Assembly: GCF_030028105.1 (NCBI RefSeq)
Contig: NC_092379.1
Coordinates: 27,397,821 to 27,461,820 of the forward strand
Source of the DNA: Mobula birostris
Taxonomy: Eukaryota
DNA: 64,000 bases
Direction of reading: 5' to 3'
Part shown: positions 63,001-64,000 of the stretch, piece after piece
Layout of the letters: each line of letters begins with the position of its first letter
Position numbering within the stretch: the first letter of the stretch is position 1
Notes under the pieces: generated by a model
Databases searched by the model: none
The model's input: the letters and a program-made list of their open reading frames with translations, nothing else
What the model was told of the DNA's origin: nothing
Translations under genes and position numbers: made by a program

Positions 63001-63694
63001 AACGCTGCTCATATGGCCTTAGGCTAAGAACGGCCATTGAGGGCAACCCTTCCACCTCCAAAGCAAGTTAGTGCTCCGGCTGTTACTCCCTGCGGCAAGT
63101 TAGCTTGCATCTGGTGAGGAACAGGGAAACGGATTGTATTGTATCAACGGAGATTCACGGTGGACAATGTTGAGTCCATCACTTGGACCCGTTGGTCCTA
63201 CTCTTTTTTACCATTGCGGTGGTTCTCACTGCCGCGTTGTCAGTCCGCTCATGACTCTGGCGTTGTGTGCTCTTTGTGAGAGCTGCGAAAGCTTCCGTGG
63301 ATGTTAAAGAGCACCATCCTAAGTCCTATCTCTTCAGTTTCGGATCCCACTCGCGAAACCAATGTGGCGAACGTTGGGTATGTTAACAGACGAGAAAAAA
63401 AACGCTTTTATCTCAACTAGCGTTTTTATTGCAACAAGTACAAACAAGTCCGGACTCTATGATTCCGCAGTCATATACAGACGAAGTAGGTGATTATTGC
63501 ACACCCCCGTTACAATCAAGGAGAGACACAAACACACAAGCGATTAACAGTGCAACACAAGCGAAAATATAATACGAAATGAGCTTGAACATCTCAGTAT
63601 CATCCCACAAATGCATTTGAAAGCAACGGCAATAAATAGTGCCGTCCACTAGGAATGCTTCTGCGCCTGTCGATCAATCCCTCGGAGCGCCACA
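57017..63694 (-). mobile_element. Old Gypsy LTR retrotransposon: LTRs 57017-57392 and 63363-63694; gag, protease, RT/RNase H and integrase remnants
   Basis: Right LTR has TGTGGCG...CGCCACA termini and a diverged homologous left LTR. PBS-like TGGTTTCGCGAGTGGGAT at 63344-63361(-). Protease LVDTGSTITI near 62500; integrase GIVGPFP...YVVVVIHYFTK in ORF 59928-60404. Confidence 0.82.
57689..59850 (-). mobile_element. CR1 LINE nested in the Gypsy element
   Basis: ORFs 58126-58368, 58815-59216, 59095-59367 and 59364-59864 (-) with MDFSKAFDKVPH and VRPNLEYCVQFWSP; (CATAGAAAC)n tail. Confidence 0.92.
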
Positions 63695-64000
63695 ATATCA
63701 TTAGGACTGAGAATAGCCTACAACTGCCCAACTAAGCCGAATGACTAAGTAAGGATGACGACTTGCTTGATGAAATAATGAATAAGCTACAGACGGAGCA
63801 GTAAATATTCACATGATGATAACGGAAGTAAAGAAACGGGAGTCAATTAGAAGTGCAAATAGGTAGACACTTTTTTTTTGTATTGAAAAAACGGATGACC
63901 TTATTCAGCGTTATAAAATCCAGCAGTTATAATTACAATTAGATGATCACAGTCTTTTCCCAAGGATACAAATGTACACATATTAATCATAGGGCGAGGA

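Overview
Vertebrate genomic DNA, not microbial. The repeat families (CR1, Rex1/Babar, Penelope, hAT, Tigger, Chapaev3, Gypsy) and the V-gene style suggest a cartilaginous fish, probably a ray; this is an inference. The window is part of the V-segment array of a T-cell receptor alpha/delta-type locus. It holds three open-frame V gene segments on + (leader exon, V exon and 23-bp-spacer RSS) at 21637-22179, 27151-27637 and 38245-38716. The second and third V each sit tail-to-tail with an inverted V pseudogene, and the two nonamers are only 43 bp apart. This convergent V cassette lies inside a ~11 kb tandem segmental duplication (~26640-37730 and ~37730-47690), followed by a third partial copy. 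Several more strongly decayed V relics lie on both strands. The rest is old, often nested, transposon debris, and there is one 168-N assembly gap. No J or C segments were found, and the one D-like candidate is weak. All calls come from reading the sequence by eye, with no database searches.
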